Assembly: GCA_965263355.1 (NCBI GenBank)
Contig: CBDHHL010000056.1
Location: forward strand, 2,080,001 to 2,144,000
DNA length: 64,000 nt
Origin: Leptolyngbyaceae cyanobacterium
Lineage (GTDB): Bacteria; Cyanobacteriota; Cyanobacteriia; Phormidesmidales; Phormidesmidaceae
Direction: 5' to 3'
The translations under genes were made by a program, and so were the position numbers. The notes beneath the pieces were generated by a model. The model searched no databases. It was not told where the DNA came from and saw nothing but the letters and a program-made list of their open reading frames with translations. Shown piece after piece: positions 19,446-30,104 of this stretch. Positions within the stretch are counted from its first letter, which is position 1. Each line of letters starts with the position of its first letter.

Positions 19446-20981
19446 ATGTCCTCATTCAATTGGTTCCGCCGTAGCTATGATGACGAGTCCCCTGATGATC
19501 AGAACAAGACTCTCCCATCAGAGGAAAATAACACCGATGATGCCGCTGCCCCAGACGAAAATGCCCCCCCTGCCAACGCTGAAGATTATCTAGCCTGGGC
19601 TAAGGCGGCTTACCAAAATATTCAGCAGCAAACAACCACTGAAACAGAGCCTCAGCCGGAAGCGGAGTCAGACGTTGCAGCAACCATTGACACTGAAACA
19701 GCTCCAGTTGCAGCAACCGACACCGCTCCCCCTGAAACAACCGACACCCCAGTTACCGCAGTCATTTCCCCCGAGACTGAAGCAACTGAAATCGCCGTAG
19801 AAGAGCCCCCAGTAGACAGTCCAACTGTCGCTGCGCCATTTTGGGCCAAAGCTGCCGAAGCCGAACGAGAGGCTCGCCTCACTAAACTGAAGGAAACGGC
19901 CATTGCAGCCTCCGAGCCAGAACCAGAAGTGGTACCACCAGCTCACGAGCCAGAGCTGATCATGCCAGATGTCGATCTAGACGAGGCCTTTCTCTGGTCA
20001 GCGGAGGTGTTGGCCTCCCAAGGAAGACGGCCAGATACTATTTCCCTCGAAGAAATCACCTGGCTCAACCAACTCCGCCAGGGGTTAGGCAAAACACGAC
20101 GGGGCTTAGTTAATCAGCTCAGGTCAGTGGTTGGTCAGGGACCGCTGAACGAAGATGCGATCTATGAAATTGAGGCCCTACTGCTTCAGGCTGATGTGGG
20201 TGTGGAAGCCACCGACCAGATTATCGAGTCGCTGCAGGCCAAAATGCGTGAGGAAACTCTGCCACCTGATGCGGCAATTCGATATCTCAAAACAATTTTG
20301 CGACAGATGTTGGACAGTCCTTTGGACGGGGAACATAATCTGCTGTTTGTACCTGAAAGTGAACGGCTCAACATTTGGCTGATGGTGGGGGTAAACGGGG
20401 CCGGTAAAACTACGACCATCGGTAAGCTCACCCATATTGCTAAAAAGTCTGGCTATAACTGTCTGATTGCAGCCGCTGACACCTTCCGGGCCGCTGCGGT
20501 CGAACAGGTTAAAGTTTGGGGCGCTCGCAGTGGTGTTGAAGTGATTGCCAATCCGGGTCAAAACACCGATCCGGCGGCGGTGGTATTTGACGCCATTGCC
20601 GCCGCTCAGTCACGCAATACAGAGCTATTGTTGGTAGATACGGCAGGTCGTCTACAAAATAAGAAGAATCTGATGGATGAACTCGCCAAGGTCCGGCGGA
20701 TTCTTGATAAGAAAGCGCCTGAGGCTAAAGTGGAAGCCCTCTTGGTGCTAGACGCTACCCTGGGTCAGAACGGGGTACGACAGGCCAAGGTATTCTCAGA
20801 AGCCGCCAATCTGAGCGGTGTGGTGCTGACAAAATTGGATGGTACCGCCAAAGGGGGGGTAGCTCTCGCAGTAGTCCAACAGCTGGGTTTGCCCATTCGA
20901 TTTATCGGTGCGGGGGAAGGCATTGAAGATTTAAGGCCTTTTTCAAGTTACGAGTTTGTCGAGGCCTTATTGAGCGGTTGA
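19446..20981 (+). CDS. ftsY: SRP docking GTPase
   Basis: Acidic N-terminus, GVNGAGKTT, DTFRAAA, DTAGR, TKLDGTAKGG. Confidence 0.96.
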   Translation: MSSFNWFRRSYDDESPDDQNKTLPSEENNTDDAAAPDENAPPANAEDYLAWAKAAYQNIQQQTTTETEPQPEAESDVAATIDTETAPVAATDTAPPETTDTPVTAVISPETEATEIAVEEPPVDSPTVAAPFWAKAAEAEREARLTKLKETAIAASEPEPEVVPPAHEPELIMPDVDLDEAFLWSAEVLASQGRRPDTISLEEITWLNQLRQGLGKTRRGLVNQLRSVVGQGPLNEDAIYEIEALLLQADVGVEATDQIIESLQAKMREETLPPDAAIRYLKTILRQMLDSPLDGEHNLLFVPESERLNIWLMVGVNGAGKTTTIGKLTHIAKKSGYNCLIAAADTFRAAAVEQVKVWGARSGVEVIANPGQNTDPAAVVFDAIAAAQSRNTELLLVDTAGRLQNKKNLMDELAKVRRILDKKAPEAKVEALLVLDATLGQNGVRQAKVFSEAANLSGVVLTKLDGTAKGGVALAVVQQLGLPIRFIGAGEGIEDLRPFSSYEFVEALLSG

Positions 20982-20983
20982 CC

Positions 20984-21970
20984 ATGCCGGTTTATTTCTT
21001 TTGGGGTGCCGATGAGTTTCGGATGAAAAAGGCGGTGCGAGCGTTATGCGATCGCAACCTTAATCCCGACTGGGCCAGCTTTAACTACGAAAAAATTCCG
21101 CCAGACCAGCCAGATGGAGCCATCCAGGCCCTGAACCAGGCAATGACTCCACCCTTTGGCATGGGCAAACGCATCGTCTGGTTAGTCGATACCCCCATTT
21201 GTCAACGCTGTACCGCCGATCTACTGACCGAGCTAGAACGCACATTACCCAATATTCCAGACAGTGCCATTCTGCTGATGACCAGCAGCAATAAACCGGA
21301 TGGACGCTTAAAATCCACCAAACTGATCAAAAAACACGCCGATATCCGCGAGTTTGACACCATTCCCCCCTGGAAAACCGAGCAGATTGAACACCAGGTG
21401 TACCAGGTGGCCAAGGACGTGGGTCTGCAGCTGACACCTCAGGCAGCGACCCTATTAGGAGACGCAATTGGTGCTGACACCCGCCGTCTTTACAACGAAC
21501 TGGAAAAACTCAAAACCTACTGGCCACAGCCGCAGCAGGCTTTACCCCCTGAAGCCGTCAATGCCCTAGTCGCTACCAGCACCCAAAGTAGTCTGCAGCT
21601 TGCGGCGGCATTACGACAAGGTCAAACAGACCGTGCCCTGACGCTCATTACTGAACTGTTGGAACGCAATGAGCCTGCCCTTCGTATTGTCGCCACTCTA
21701 GTGGGACAGTTTCGCACCTGGCTATGGGTTAAACTCATGACCGAATCTGGCGAGCGCGATACCCGTGTCATTGCCCAGGCCGCTGATGTCGGAAACCCAA
21801 AACGTATCTATTTTTTACAAAAAGATATACGGCCCGTCTCGTCTTTACAATTGCAAAATGCCCTGAAACTTTTACTCTCCCTTGAATATTCCCTTAAACA
21901 AGGCGCGCCAGAGATTGTAACATTACATACCAAAGTCATTGAATTGGCGCATTGCTTCAAGCCGATTTAA
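20984..21970 (+). CDS. holA: DNA polymerase III delta subunit
   Basis: YFFWGADEF, TPPFG, ELEKL. Confidence 0.9.
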   Translation: MPVYFFWGADEFRMKKAVRALCDRNLNPDWASFNYEKIPPDQPDGAIQALNQAMTPPFGMGKRIVWLVDTPICQRCTADLLTELERTLPNIPDSAILLMTSSNKPDGRLKSTKLIKKHADIREFDTIPPWKTEQIEHQVYQVAKDVGLQLTPQAATLLGDAIGADTRRLYNELEKLKTYWPQPQQALPPEAVNALVATSTQSSLQLAAALRQGQTDRALTLITELLERNEPALRIVATLVGQFRTWLWVKLMTESGERDTRVIAQAADVGNPKRIYFLQKDIRPVSSLQLQNALKLLLSLEYSLKQGAPEIVTLHTKVIELAHCFKPI

Positions 21971-21997
21971 GGCTTACTATGCAGTATTCCTGTTTCA

Positions 21998-22501
21998 TTG
22001 ACTAAAATTGGTCAACTCTTGCTAGATATTGCCATGATGCTTCCTCGTCGCTCTAGTCATGACACCCCCCGTCCACTGCGCTGGCTCGTTGGCACCAGCA
22101 TTAGTCTGGTGGCGATCGCATCCTTGCCCCTGTCCACCTTCTGGCAAAAAGGTTATGCCCAAAGCTTTACGGACGAAGAAATCGGCAACTACGCCAAAGC
22201 CGTCCTCGGGATGGAAAACATCCGGAAAAATGCGTATGCTGAAATCAGCGACCTAATGAGAAGCCAACAGCTAGACGTCACCCGCTACAGTCTCAGTTGC
22301 CCCAGGGCCAAAACAGTTGATTTACCGCGTTCGGTGCGTAGGCCAGTACGAATTTTATTAATTAATTATTGCAACAACGCTAAGAAACTGGTTGAAGACA
22401 CAGGCCTCACAGTTACCTTGTTCAATTCCATCACCGCCACCCATGAAAAGGATGAGGCCCTGGCGGAACAGATACAATTGGAAATAGCTAGGTTGCGTTA
22501 G
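21998..22501 (+). CDS. DUF4168-like secreted protein
   Basis: AQSFTDEEIGNYAKAVL, GLTVTLFNSI; start uncertain. Confidence 0.7.
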   Translation: MTKIGQLLLDIAMMLPRRSSHDTPRPLRWLVGTSISLVAIASLPLSTFWQKGYAQSFTDEEIGNYAKAVLGMENIRKNAYAEISDLMRSQQLDVTRYSLSCPRAKTVDLPRSVRRPVRILLINYCNNAKKLVEDTGLTVTLFNSITATHEKDEALAEQIQLEIARLR

Positions 22502-22619
22502 CGGGAAATTATCCCCACTCATATACCCATATAAAGGCCCAAAGTCATGCACTTACGCATACCAAGAGGCACTACTCACCTAACCTTGCCAATACTGTTC
22601 GCCGTCTACCGTCCCCCCT

Positions 22620-23693
22620 ATGCAATTCATCGATCAAGCCGAAGTTGACGTCCAAGGGGGCGATGGTGGAGATGGGCTCGTTGCCTTTCGCCGTGAAAAG
22701 TATGTCCCCACGGGGGGACCATCTGGCGGCAATGGAGGCCATGGCGGCTCGGTTGTGCTGAAAGCTGTCACCAATTTGCAAACACTGTTAGATTTTCGCT
22801 ACGCCCACCGATTCCGGGCCGAACCGGGCGAACGGGGTGGTCCCAAAAATATGACGGGGGCCACGGGTAAAGACCTAATCGTCGAAGTTCCCTGCGGCAC
22901 AATCATTTACGATGCCGATACGGGCGAGTTACTCGGAGATTTAGTCGCAGACGGCCAAACCCTATGTGTTGCCGAGGGTGGTAAAGGGGGCTTAGGCAAT
23001 AAACATTTTTTGAGCAATCGCAATCGAGCCCCAGAAGCTTGCTTGCCAGGACTGCCAGGGGAAGAACGACGCATTCGTCTAGAACTCAAGCTCCTGGCTG
23101 AAGTAGGCATTATTGGCTTGCCCAATGCAGGTAAATCTACCCTGATTTCAGCGCTATCTGCAGCCAAGCCCAAAGTGGCAGACTATCCATTTACGACCCT
23201 GGTACCTAACCTGGGCGTGGTCCGCAAGCCCACAGGGGATGGTACAGTCTTTGCCGATATTCCAGGCCTGATCGAAGGTGCCCATATGGGAGCTGGGCTG
23301 GGCCATGATTTCTTGCGTCATGTGGAACGCACCAGGGTGCTGCTACATGTCATCGACATCACGACCCTGGATCCGATTGAGCACTATCACACTATTCAAC
23401 AAGAGTTAGTGGCCTATGGTCACGGACTGGCGGACCGCCCCCAGCTATTAGCCCTGAATAAAATAGATGCGGTGCCGGAGGATGAGTTAGAGGTGGTAAC
23501 CGAGGAATTAATGGCTAGAAGTGGGTGCGATCGCATATTCGGCATCTCCGCCGTTAGCCGCCAGGGTCTAGACGACCTTCTTCAGGTTATCTGGGACCTC
23601 CTCGAAGAAATTAAACCGCAGGAAATTGTCATTGAACCAGAGCCATTTCCCAATCTGGTGCCCTCAGAGTTGGCCCCTACCCAATGGACTTAA
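22620..23693 (+). CDS. obgE: GTPase Obg
   Basis: Gly-rich Obg fold, [22 protein letters not shown]. Confidence 0.97.
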   Translation: MQFIDQAEVDVQGGDGGDGLVAFRREKYVPTGGPSGGNGGHGGSVVLKAVTNLQTLLDFRYAHRFRAEPGERGGPKNMTGATGKDLIVEVPCGTIIYDADTGELLGDLVADGQTLCVAEGGKGGLGNKHFLSNRNRAPEACLPGLPGEERRIRLELKLLAEVGIIGLPNAGKSTLISALSAAKPKVADYPFTTLVPNLGVVRKPTGDGTVFADIPGLIEGAHMGAGLGHDFLRHVERTRVLLHVIDITTLDPIEHYHTIQQELVAYGHGLADRPQLLALNKIDAVPEDELEVVTEELMARSGCDRIFGISAVSRQGLDDLLQVIWDLLEEIKPQEIVIEPEPFPNLVPSELAPTQWT

Positions 23694-23794
23694 CTCCAAT
23701 AACCACCCATTAAGGCTGACAATCTTCCTAGATAAAGTTGACAATACTGCATACGGTTGACAATAGTTAGCAGTTCATTGGTTATGGGTGGACT

Positions 23795-24377
23795 ACTGAA
23801 CGTCATGCTGTCCTAGAGCTTTCAAAGGGAAAGTTAACAACAGACCCAGCCCGTCACTCAGGACAGGGAATCTTTTTTAGTTCTCGTATATTTGACTTTT
23901 TTGTGATTTTTTCAGGGAATCTTTCTTTTCTCATCAGTACGAAAAAATAGAAGATTGGATTATAGAACAGTATTCCCAAGACCTGCACCCATACAGAAGT
24001 ACATCCAAAGATATTTTTGACCAAGACCCATAGAAGAAGACTATGGCTTTATAAAAACTGTAGTACCAGTCAAACTTGTCCAATACGGAAATGAATTCTT
24101 AGTATCTCGCTCTCAAGCAAAACGATTGATGGCAAGAGTAGATAAATTTAAAGTTGTCATCCTTGATTTTGAAAAAATCGATGCCATTGGCCAAGCGTTT
24201 GCCAATGAAGTGTTTCGAGTTTTCCATAACCATCATCCTAAAATCCAGTTATATGCCATCAATACCAATAATGCTGTCAAGGAAATGATTTTGCGTGCTG
24301 GAGGCAAATCTAGTCTGGACAACTCTCAGGGGGAGATGGTACTACGGCTGGTGATAACTCTTCTGTTGGTTTCTTAG
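23795..24377 (+). pseudogene. Degraded ATP-binding/STAS-like (DUF4325) gene
   Basis: Fragments in different frames: HAVLELSKGKLTTDPARHSGQGIFFSSRIFD and LVSRSQAKRLMARVDKFKVVILDF..IGQAFANEVFRVF, separated by stops. Confidence 0.7.
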
Positions 24378-25711
24378 CGTAGTTTCCAGGTTTGCCCTTG
24401 TTGATTTAAGGCATTTTGCAGGTGATCGATAGTAACCGCTTCATCGCCTGCCAGTTTGCGGGCTATATGCCCAATTTCCAAGATCTGATCTTGGGAAAGT
24501 AATAGACCTTCAGCTAAAGCATGCCAACGGACTTTCCCCATGGATTTAACATCGTCGGGAAAAGCTTGCTGCCAGAGCTGGAGACGTAGATCGGCAGTGA
24601 GCATGGGGATATCGATTGCAGTGAGCTGTTGTCGCCAGTGACGGCGGACTAAATGGCGATGACGCACAGCAAAAATAATGTGGGCTGATGACTTGATAAG
24701 CCAGTGCTGCAATGCTGCAGACTCTATGGTCGAGTTGCGGCCTAGCCAATGATGGGCTGATTTGATCAATACAACTGAATAGGTGGCCTGGTCTAGTTCG
24801 GCTAGGCAGGCGGGCCAGGTCTGGGATGCAAGTTGGGCCAGGTCAAGGATGTGTAAGGGCTGTTTGAGATGGGTAGCGAGTGCGATCGCACTCCTCTCGT
24901 TGCCCACACCATTTTCCCCGACCAACAACAGCCTAGACTGAGGCTGAGCCACCAATGACTGCAACCGTTGCTTAAGCGCATTCGGCACGATTAAGTCTGG
25001 CCAAATGACCCGCCCTCGACTCGGTTGAGCAAACTGGTCAGCCATCGTAAACCGCTTTGGCCAATCAGGGTCAGGATTCTCTGCTAGTAAATACTCAACC
25101 CATTCAGGAGCCAGCTGTAGCTGACTGCCCAGTAAGGTTGGTGAACCGTCTATACAGCGTAAAATCTGCCGCTGGAGCAATGAATTTGTCCCCGTCAAAC
25201 GCAGTCGTGACCGCCGTCGTTCAGTATCATTACGGCACAGTAGCCGTAGCGCTAGTTCAACCGTAGGCAACGCCCCTACCGAACAGTTAGTCCCTGTTTG
25301 TAAATAGTGATATAACCGACCGTAGCGTATCTGTACCTCTGGAGCCAGCGCCATTAGCACTAGCTTCTTTTCAAATAAGCTTAGATTCAGGGACAGCTGC
25401 ATAGTCGGCAGCCCCAGGGAAACCTTAATAGCTCGACTGAGCAAAATTCGTTTATCTAATGTTTTTTGATAACCGAGGGAGGGTTGTTCGCTAGCTTTAG
25501 GCGCAGTATCATCATAGGCCCGATTTTTAACCGCAATTAGCCCCTGCCACCAATCACTCGTTGCCTTATCAGAGGGGCTTTTCGCCGCCTGAGCCACCGA
25601 CTTTAAAGTCTTACGCTGCTGAGATACGGTCACCAGCAACAGCCGTTCTAGCCAGCTCAGCTCCGTCTCCAGATAGGCCCAATTATTTGCAAACGGAACA
25701 CCAGAAGCCAT
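24374..25711 (-). CDS. AAA-ATPase-related protein with degenerate P-loop
   Basis: NNWAYLETELSWL and LALRLLCRND N-terminal region; LLLVGENGVGNE where Walker A is expected. Confidence 0.7.
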   Translation of the reverse strand: MASGVPFANNWAYLETELSWLERLLLVTVSQQRKTLKSVAQAAKSPSDKATSDWWQGLIAVKNRAYDDTAPKASEQPSLGYQKTLDKRILLSRAIKVSLGLPTMQLSLNLSLFEKKLVLMALAPEVQIRYGRLYHYLQTGTNCSVGALPTVELALRLLCRNDTERRRSRLRLTGTNSLLQRQILRCIDGSPTLLGSQLQLAPEWVEYLLAENPDPDWPKRFTMADQFAQPSRGRVIWPDLIVPNALKQRLQSLVAQPQSRLLLVGENGVGNERSAIALATHLKQPLHILDLAQLASQTWPACLAELDQATYSVVLIKSAHHWLGRNSTIESAALQHWLIKSSAHIIFAVRHRHLVRRHWRQQLTAIDIPMLTADLRLQLWQQAFPDDVKSMGKVRWHALAEGLLLSQDQILEIGHIARKLAGDEAVTIDHLQNALNQQGQTWKLR

Positions 25712-25714
25712 TGA

Positions 25715-26128
25715 TTATTTCAAGCGACGCAAAAACTCTAAGGGTAACCCATCAGTATCGGCAATAAAGGCCACTTCATATACATTAGCCCCGATCATTT
25801 GTTGTTGAGGTTCCAACAGCACGATTAAGGCCATATTTTGCGACATTGCCTTTTGCTTAAGTGTATCCAGCCAAGCCGGTAAACTGTGAGCTATTTGAGT
25901 CAAGTCAAACGAAAGGTGATAGTAACCGGTGTACTGCTCATCGCTAAAGGCATCTGCCGCCGGTTTAGGATCTGGCACCTGGATCAGCTCGATCCGTCCA
26001 TTTAATCCTTCCATCCAGCAAGCCAGGGTAATGCCAGCGGTAAAACGTTCTACCACTTCAAATCCCAACAGCTCATAAAAGCCGATGGCGCGATGGATAT
26101 CCGCCGTTCGAATCGACGCATGGTGCAT
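25715..26128 (-). CDS. VOC/glyoxalase family protein
   Basis: HHASIRT, GYYHLSF, DGLPLEF. Confidence 0.9.
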   Translation of the reverse strand: MHHASIRTADIHRAIGFYELLGFEVVERFTAGITLACWMEGLNGRIELIQVPDPKPAADAFSDEQYTGYYHLSFDLTQIAHSLPAWLDTLKQKAMSQNMALIVLLEPQQQMIGANVYEVAFIADTDGLPLEFLRRLK

Positions 26129-26161
26129 AGCGTTTTATCGCCAACTAATAATCGACGCGGT

Positions 26162-26671
26162 TTACTCAAAAAACTTTAAATAGCGGTAGTTATTAGGTAC
26201 CCCAGGTTCTTTTTCTAAATCAAAATTGATCACTTCCCACTGAGGTACCTCCTGGGAAGACGGGCTGAAGGCCACCGGCAATCCGTATAATCTGGGCGTG
26301 CCTGAATCCACTTGCCCACGCCAGGGGGCACTGTACTCTAGATACGATTTCACTAAAGACCGGTAGCGCTCAGCAATAATCACCCGCGTTGCCCGATAAC
26401 CCTCAGTATACAAGCGATCTAGAGCCTCATGGATCTCAAACCGAATGCCATCAGGATGGGTATGCTGACGATACCATTCCCCCTCCCACTGACGCCAGTG
26501 ACGGCCCGATTGCACATGTACTAAATCTTGGGTTTCGAGACTAACCTCAAACGCACCATGGCGTGTACAAAGATAGCTATCAGTCAGGGTTAATGCCGGA
26601 ATGGTCTGCCGACAGTGGGGACATTTGATCTCTGGCCCATAAAACGGATACTGAGAAGCTGAATTTATCAT
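26162..26671 (-). CDS. TIGR02652/DUF2396 family cyanobacterial protein
   Basis: CPHCRQTIPALTLTDSYLC, RQHTHPDGIRFEIHEALDRL. Confidence 0.85.
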   Translation of the reverse strand: MINSASQYPFYGPEIKCPHCRQTIPALTLTDSYLCTRHGAFEVSLETQDLVHVQSGRHWRQWEGEWYRQHTHPDGIRFEIHEALDRLYTEGYRATRVIIAERYRSLVKSYLEYSAPWRGQVDSGTPRLYGLPVAFSPSSQEVPQWEVINFDLEKEPGVPNNYRYLKFFE

Positions 26672-26900
26672 GCAGGTTTATTAGAACATTGACGCCCAAC
26701 TGAACTGACCTGTCTCAACTACCCCAATGTTGAGTCCAGCATCGCTCTATTATAACGGGAGGCAAAATACCACGATCTAACCCCTTACATAACATTATTC
26801 TGAAGATTTTTGTCCCCTATCCCTTCTAATAAAACGTTTACCTTAACTTGATACCTTTTAGACCTAACCTATCACCCTAAACCTATCCCCAGGTAATTTC

Positions 26901-27446
26901 GTGGCTAACCTCACCCCTGTTTTTATCCCCTCTGGTGGCTTTTGGCCTGCACCAGACCTTTCTAAAGCTGCTTTTGTCGCCCCCAACGCCACTGTTATTG
27001 GCCATGTGGAGATTCATGATGGGGCCAATATTTGGTATACCGCAGTCATTCGCGGCGATGTCGAACGGATTCATATCGGTGCCCACACCAATGTGCAAGA
27101 CGGGGCTGTCCTACACGGCGACCCTGGGCTGCCCACGATGTTGGAAGACTATGTCACCATCGGTCACCGGGCTGTCGTGCATAGTGCCCATATTGAACGG
27201 GGCTGCCTGATCGGCATCGGGGCCATCATTCTAAATGGTGTCCGCGTTGGTGCAGGCAGCATCATCGGCGCAGGCGCGGTCGTTAATAAAGAGGTCCCTC
27301 CCGGCTCACTCGTGGTCGGCGTTCCTGGCAAAGTCATCAAAACCCTATCCCCTGAAGAAATCGAGGACCTCATCGACCATGCTAAAAAATACGAGCAGTT
27401 AGCCTTGGTCCATGCAGGGAAAGGGACAAATTTAGGCTTTGAGTAA
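26901..27446 (+). CDS. Gamma carbonic anhydrase family protein
   Basis: Hexapeptide repeats, RGD, NVQDGAVLH, IGHRAVVH. Confidence 0.92.
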   Translation: MANLTPVFIPSGGFWPAPDLSKAAFVAPNATVIGHVEIHDGANIWYTAVIRGDVERIHIGAHTNVQDGAVLHGDPGLPTMLEDYVTIGHRAVVHSAHIERGCLIGIGAIILNGVRVGAGSIIGAGAVVNKEVPPGSLVVGVPGKVIKTLSPEEIEDLIDHAKKYEQLALVHAGKGTNLGFE

Positions 27447-27465
27447 CGCACCGGTACATTCCCCA

Positions 27466-27489
27466 CACCCTGAGCGCAGTCGAAGGGTG
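27466..27489. repeat. CCCTGAGCGnAGTCGAAGGG-type short dispersed repeat
   Basis: CACCCTGAGCGCAGTCGAAGGGTG, a recognised intergenic repeat; single copy in window. Confidence 0.5.
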
Positions 27490-27505
27490 CGCCATCACAA
27501 TTTCC

Positions 27506-28459
27506 ATGACTATGACCTCCAAATTCTTCCAGCCTGACGACTATCTCCAGCAAACACTCACCCAGGTCCTTGAGTTTACTTGGGGGCATTTTCCCAATCT
27601 GGCCCAAAACCAGATCGCGGTTACCTGGCTAGCGTACGAACCGCCCTACATCGTCAATACAGGTGGCGCATTAAGTGCTGACGACTTCTGGCAGCAGCAG
27701 CCCAAGGGGGCCACCTATCGCGGTGTGGAGCGGATTTATCCGGCTAGCGTTATCAAGCTATTTTATCTGGTGGCCATCCATGAGTGGTTGGAGCAGGGCA
27801 TGGTGCAGAACAACCTGGAACTAGAGCGGGCTATTCGTGACATGATTGTTGATTCGAGTAACGATGCGACTGGCTATGTGATAGATGTGCTGACTGGGAC
27901 AACGAGTGGGCCAGCGTTACCTCCGGGGCCGTTTGAAACGTGGAAAAGTCAGCGCAACTTGATTAATCGCTATCTAAAAGAGTTGAAATGGCCTGAACTA
28001 GCGACAATTAATGCTAATCAGAAAACTTGGTGCGATGGTCCCTACGGTCGGGAACGGGATTTTTTGGGTGAGGGCTATGAAAACCGTAATATGCTGACGA
28101 CCGAGGCATCTGCTCGGTTACTGCACAGTATTATTGGGGGTGTGGCGGTGAATGGGGAGCGATCGCAAACCATGATGACCCTGATGAAACGCGACCTGGA
28201 CCCTAAAGTTTTAGCGGCAGACCCCGAAAATCAAGTAACAGGCTTTTTAGGGGCTGGCGTACCGGTTGAGACCCAGGTTTGGTCAAAGGCAGGGCTCACT
28301 AGCAAAGTGCGCCATGATGCCGCCTACATTGAAGCCGATGGTGCACATCCTTATTTACTGATTGTATTTACCGAAGGCCAAGAGCACAGCAATAACGAAG
28401 CTATTTTGCCCTTTGTCTCAGAAAAGATTTTGGCAGCGATGCATAAAATGGGGACGTAA
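27506..28459 (+). CDS. Serine hydrolase, class A beta-lactamase-like
   Basis: PASVIK, SSNDAT, SKAG, RHDAA. Confidence 0.88.
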   Translation: MTMTSKFFQPDDYLQQTLTQVLEFTWGHFPNLAQNQIAVTWLAYEPPYIVNTGGALSADDFWQQQPKGATYRGVERIYPASVIKLFYLVAIHEWLEQGMVQNNLELERAIRDMIVDSSNDATGYVIDVLTGTTSGPALPPGPFETWKSQRNLINRYLKELKWPELATINANQKTWCDGPYGRERDFLGEGYENRNMLTTEASARLLHSIIGGVAVNGERSQTMMTLMKRDLDPKVLAADPENQVTGFLGAGVPVETQVWSKAGLTSKVRHDAAYIEADGAHPYLLIVFTEGQEHSNNEAILPFVSEKILAAMHKMGT

Positions 28460-28582
28460 CATCCGAACTTAAAGGCAGTCTTTGCTTGCATCAGCCGAGA
28501 TTTTCGCCCCTCCCAGCCAGGAATTTACTTGCTCAGTAGCAAATTCCCCAGGGCACCCTAGACTCAGTTCAGGGGTGCATCA

Positions 28583-30022
28583 ATGATTACCACCACATCA
28601 TGGCCGCAAGTAGAGGCCCGGTTTAAAGAAATCTGGGGCTACGATAGTTTTCGCCCGCCACAGGACGACGTCATCCGCACGTTACTAGCGAAACAAGATG
28701 CTCTGATCGTCATGCCGACCGGTGGCGGCAAATCCATCTGTTTCCAACTGCCTGCCCTACTACAAACTGGGATCACTCTTGTTATCTCTCCATTGGTTGC
28801 CCTTATGGAAGACCAAGTACAGGAGCTAAAGCAACGCCATTTAGCTGCAGAACGTATCCACAGTGCTCTGGCTAACTTTGAAAAACGCAAGATACTGCAG
28901 CAGGTACAGCAAAACCGACTACGGCTGCTATACCTCTCGCCTGAAACACTCCTTAGCAAGCGAGTTTGGGAAACCCTCTGCCAGCCCCAGGTGATTATCA
29001 ATGGACTTATTTTGGATGAAGCCCATTGTTTGGTGCAGTGGGGCGACACATTTCGCCCTACCTATCGCAGGCTGGGGGCAGTTAGACCTGCCCTGCTAAC
29101 CCATAAACCTGCAGGTACCCAGCTCCCCATTGCGGCCTTTACGGCAACTGCAAACCCAACGGCTCAGCGCACCATTTGTAACGTGCTGCGCTTAAAACAA
29201 CCCCAGGAGGTCAAACTAAGTCCCTATAGGTCTAACCTAAATTTGGCTGTAAAAATGGTTTGGACCCCGAGGGGACGACGGCAGGCCATGCTGCAGTTTG
29301 TCAAGGCGCATTCGGGTCAGGCAGGCTTAATCTATGTGCGCACACGCCGAACAGCAGAAGAGTTGACTCAGTGGTTGCAACCGAAGGGGTTTTCTGTGGC
29401 CGCGTATCATGCTGGGTTGGCCAGCGAGGAACGTCGTCGCATTGAGGCGGAGTGGATAGAGGGGCGCTGTCAATTTGTAGTATGTACCAGTGCGTTTGGG
29501 ATGGGGATTAACCACCCGCGAGTGCGATGGGTCTGCCATTTTCATGCGCCTAGCACATTAAGTGAATATGTTCAGGAGATTGGCCGTGGGGGACGGGATG
29601 GGAAACCGGCAGATGCTTTGACGTTGGTGAGTGAACCCACAGGCTGGCTAGACTCGGAAGATAAACAGCGCTGGCAGTTTTTTGCGGAAAGCGCACGGAA
29701 GCTACAACAGGAGGCACGGCGGTTGGTGAAGTCATTAGCTGAGACTGGCAACATTGACCAGGTGTTGCACTCTAATGGGAAAGCTGCGACGGCGTTGGCG
29801 TTATTGCATGGGCAGGGACGGTTGATTTGGGAAGACCCGTTTCACTATCGGTTGACGGCAGGACAATCCTCCAAAGCTGATAAGCCAGTCGATAGCGTCA
29901 AGGAAATTAAGCAGTATCTATTTAGCCGAACGTGTCGCTGGCAGAAACTTTTAGTGCAGTTTGGCTGTGAAGAAGAAGCTCAAGATATGCAATGCGGTCA
30001 TTGCGATAATTGTCGCCATTAG
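28583..30022 (+). CDS. recQ: RecQ family DNA helicase, short form
   Basis: PTGGGKS, DEAHC, TATA, QEIGRGGRDG, CGHCDNC. Confidence 0.93.
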   Translation: MITTTSWPQVEARFKEIWGYDSFRPPQDDVIRTLLAKQDALIVMPTGGGKSICFQLPALLQTGITLVISPLVALMEDQVQELKQRHLAAERIHSALANFEKRKILQQVQQNRLRLLYLSPETLLSKRVWETLCQPQVIINGLILDEAHCLVQWGDTFRPTYRRLGAVRPALLTHKPAGTQLPIAAFTATANPTAQRTICNVLRLKQPQEVKLSPYRSNLNLAVKMVWTPRGRRQAMLQFVKAHSGQAGLIYVRTRRTAEELTQWLQPKGFSVAAYHAGLASEERRRIEAEWIEGRCQFVVCTSAFGMGINHPRVRWVCHFHAPSTLSEYVQEIGRGGRDGKPADALTLVSEPTGWLDSEDKQRWQFFAESARKLQQEARRLVKSLAETGNIDQVLHSNGKAATALALLHGQGRLIWEDPFHYRLTAGQSSKADKPVDSVKEIKQYLFSRTCRWQKLLVQFGCEEEAQDMQCGHCDNCRH

Positions 30023-30104
30023 TCAATATTTGACATCGTATGCCCGACTTCTGATAAGGGTAGCTTACACTAGAAATTGCAACCTGGTTTAAGCTCCATA
30101 GCCT

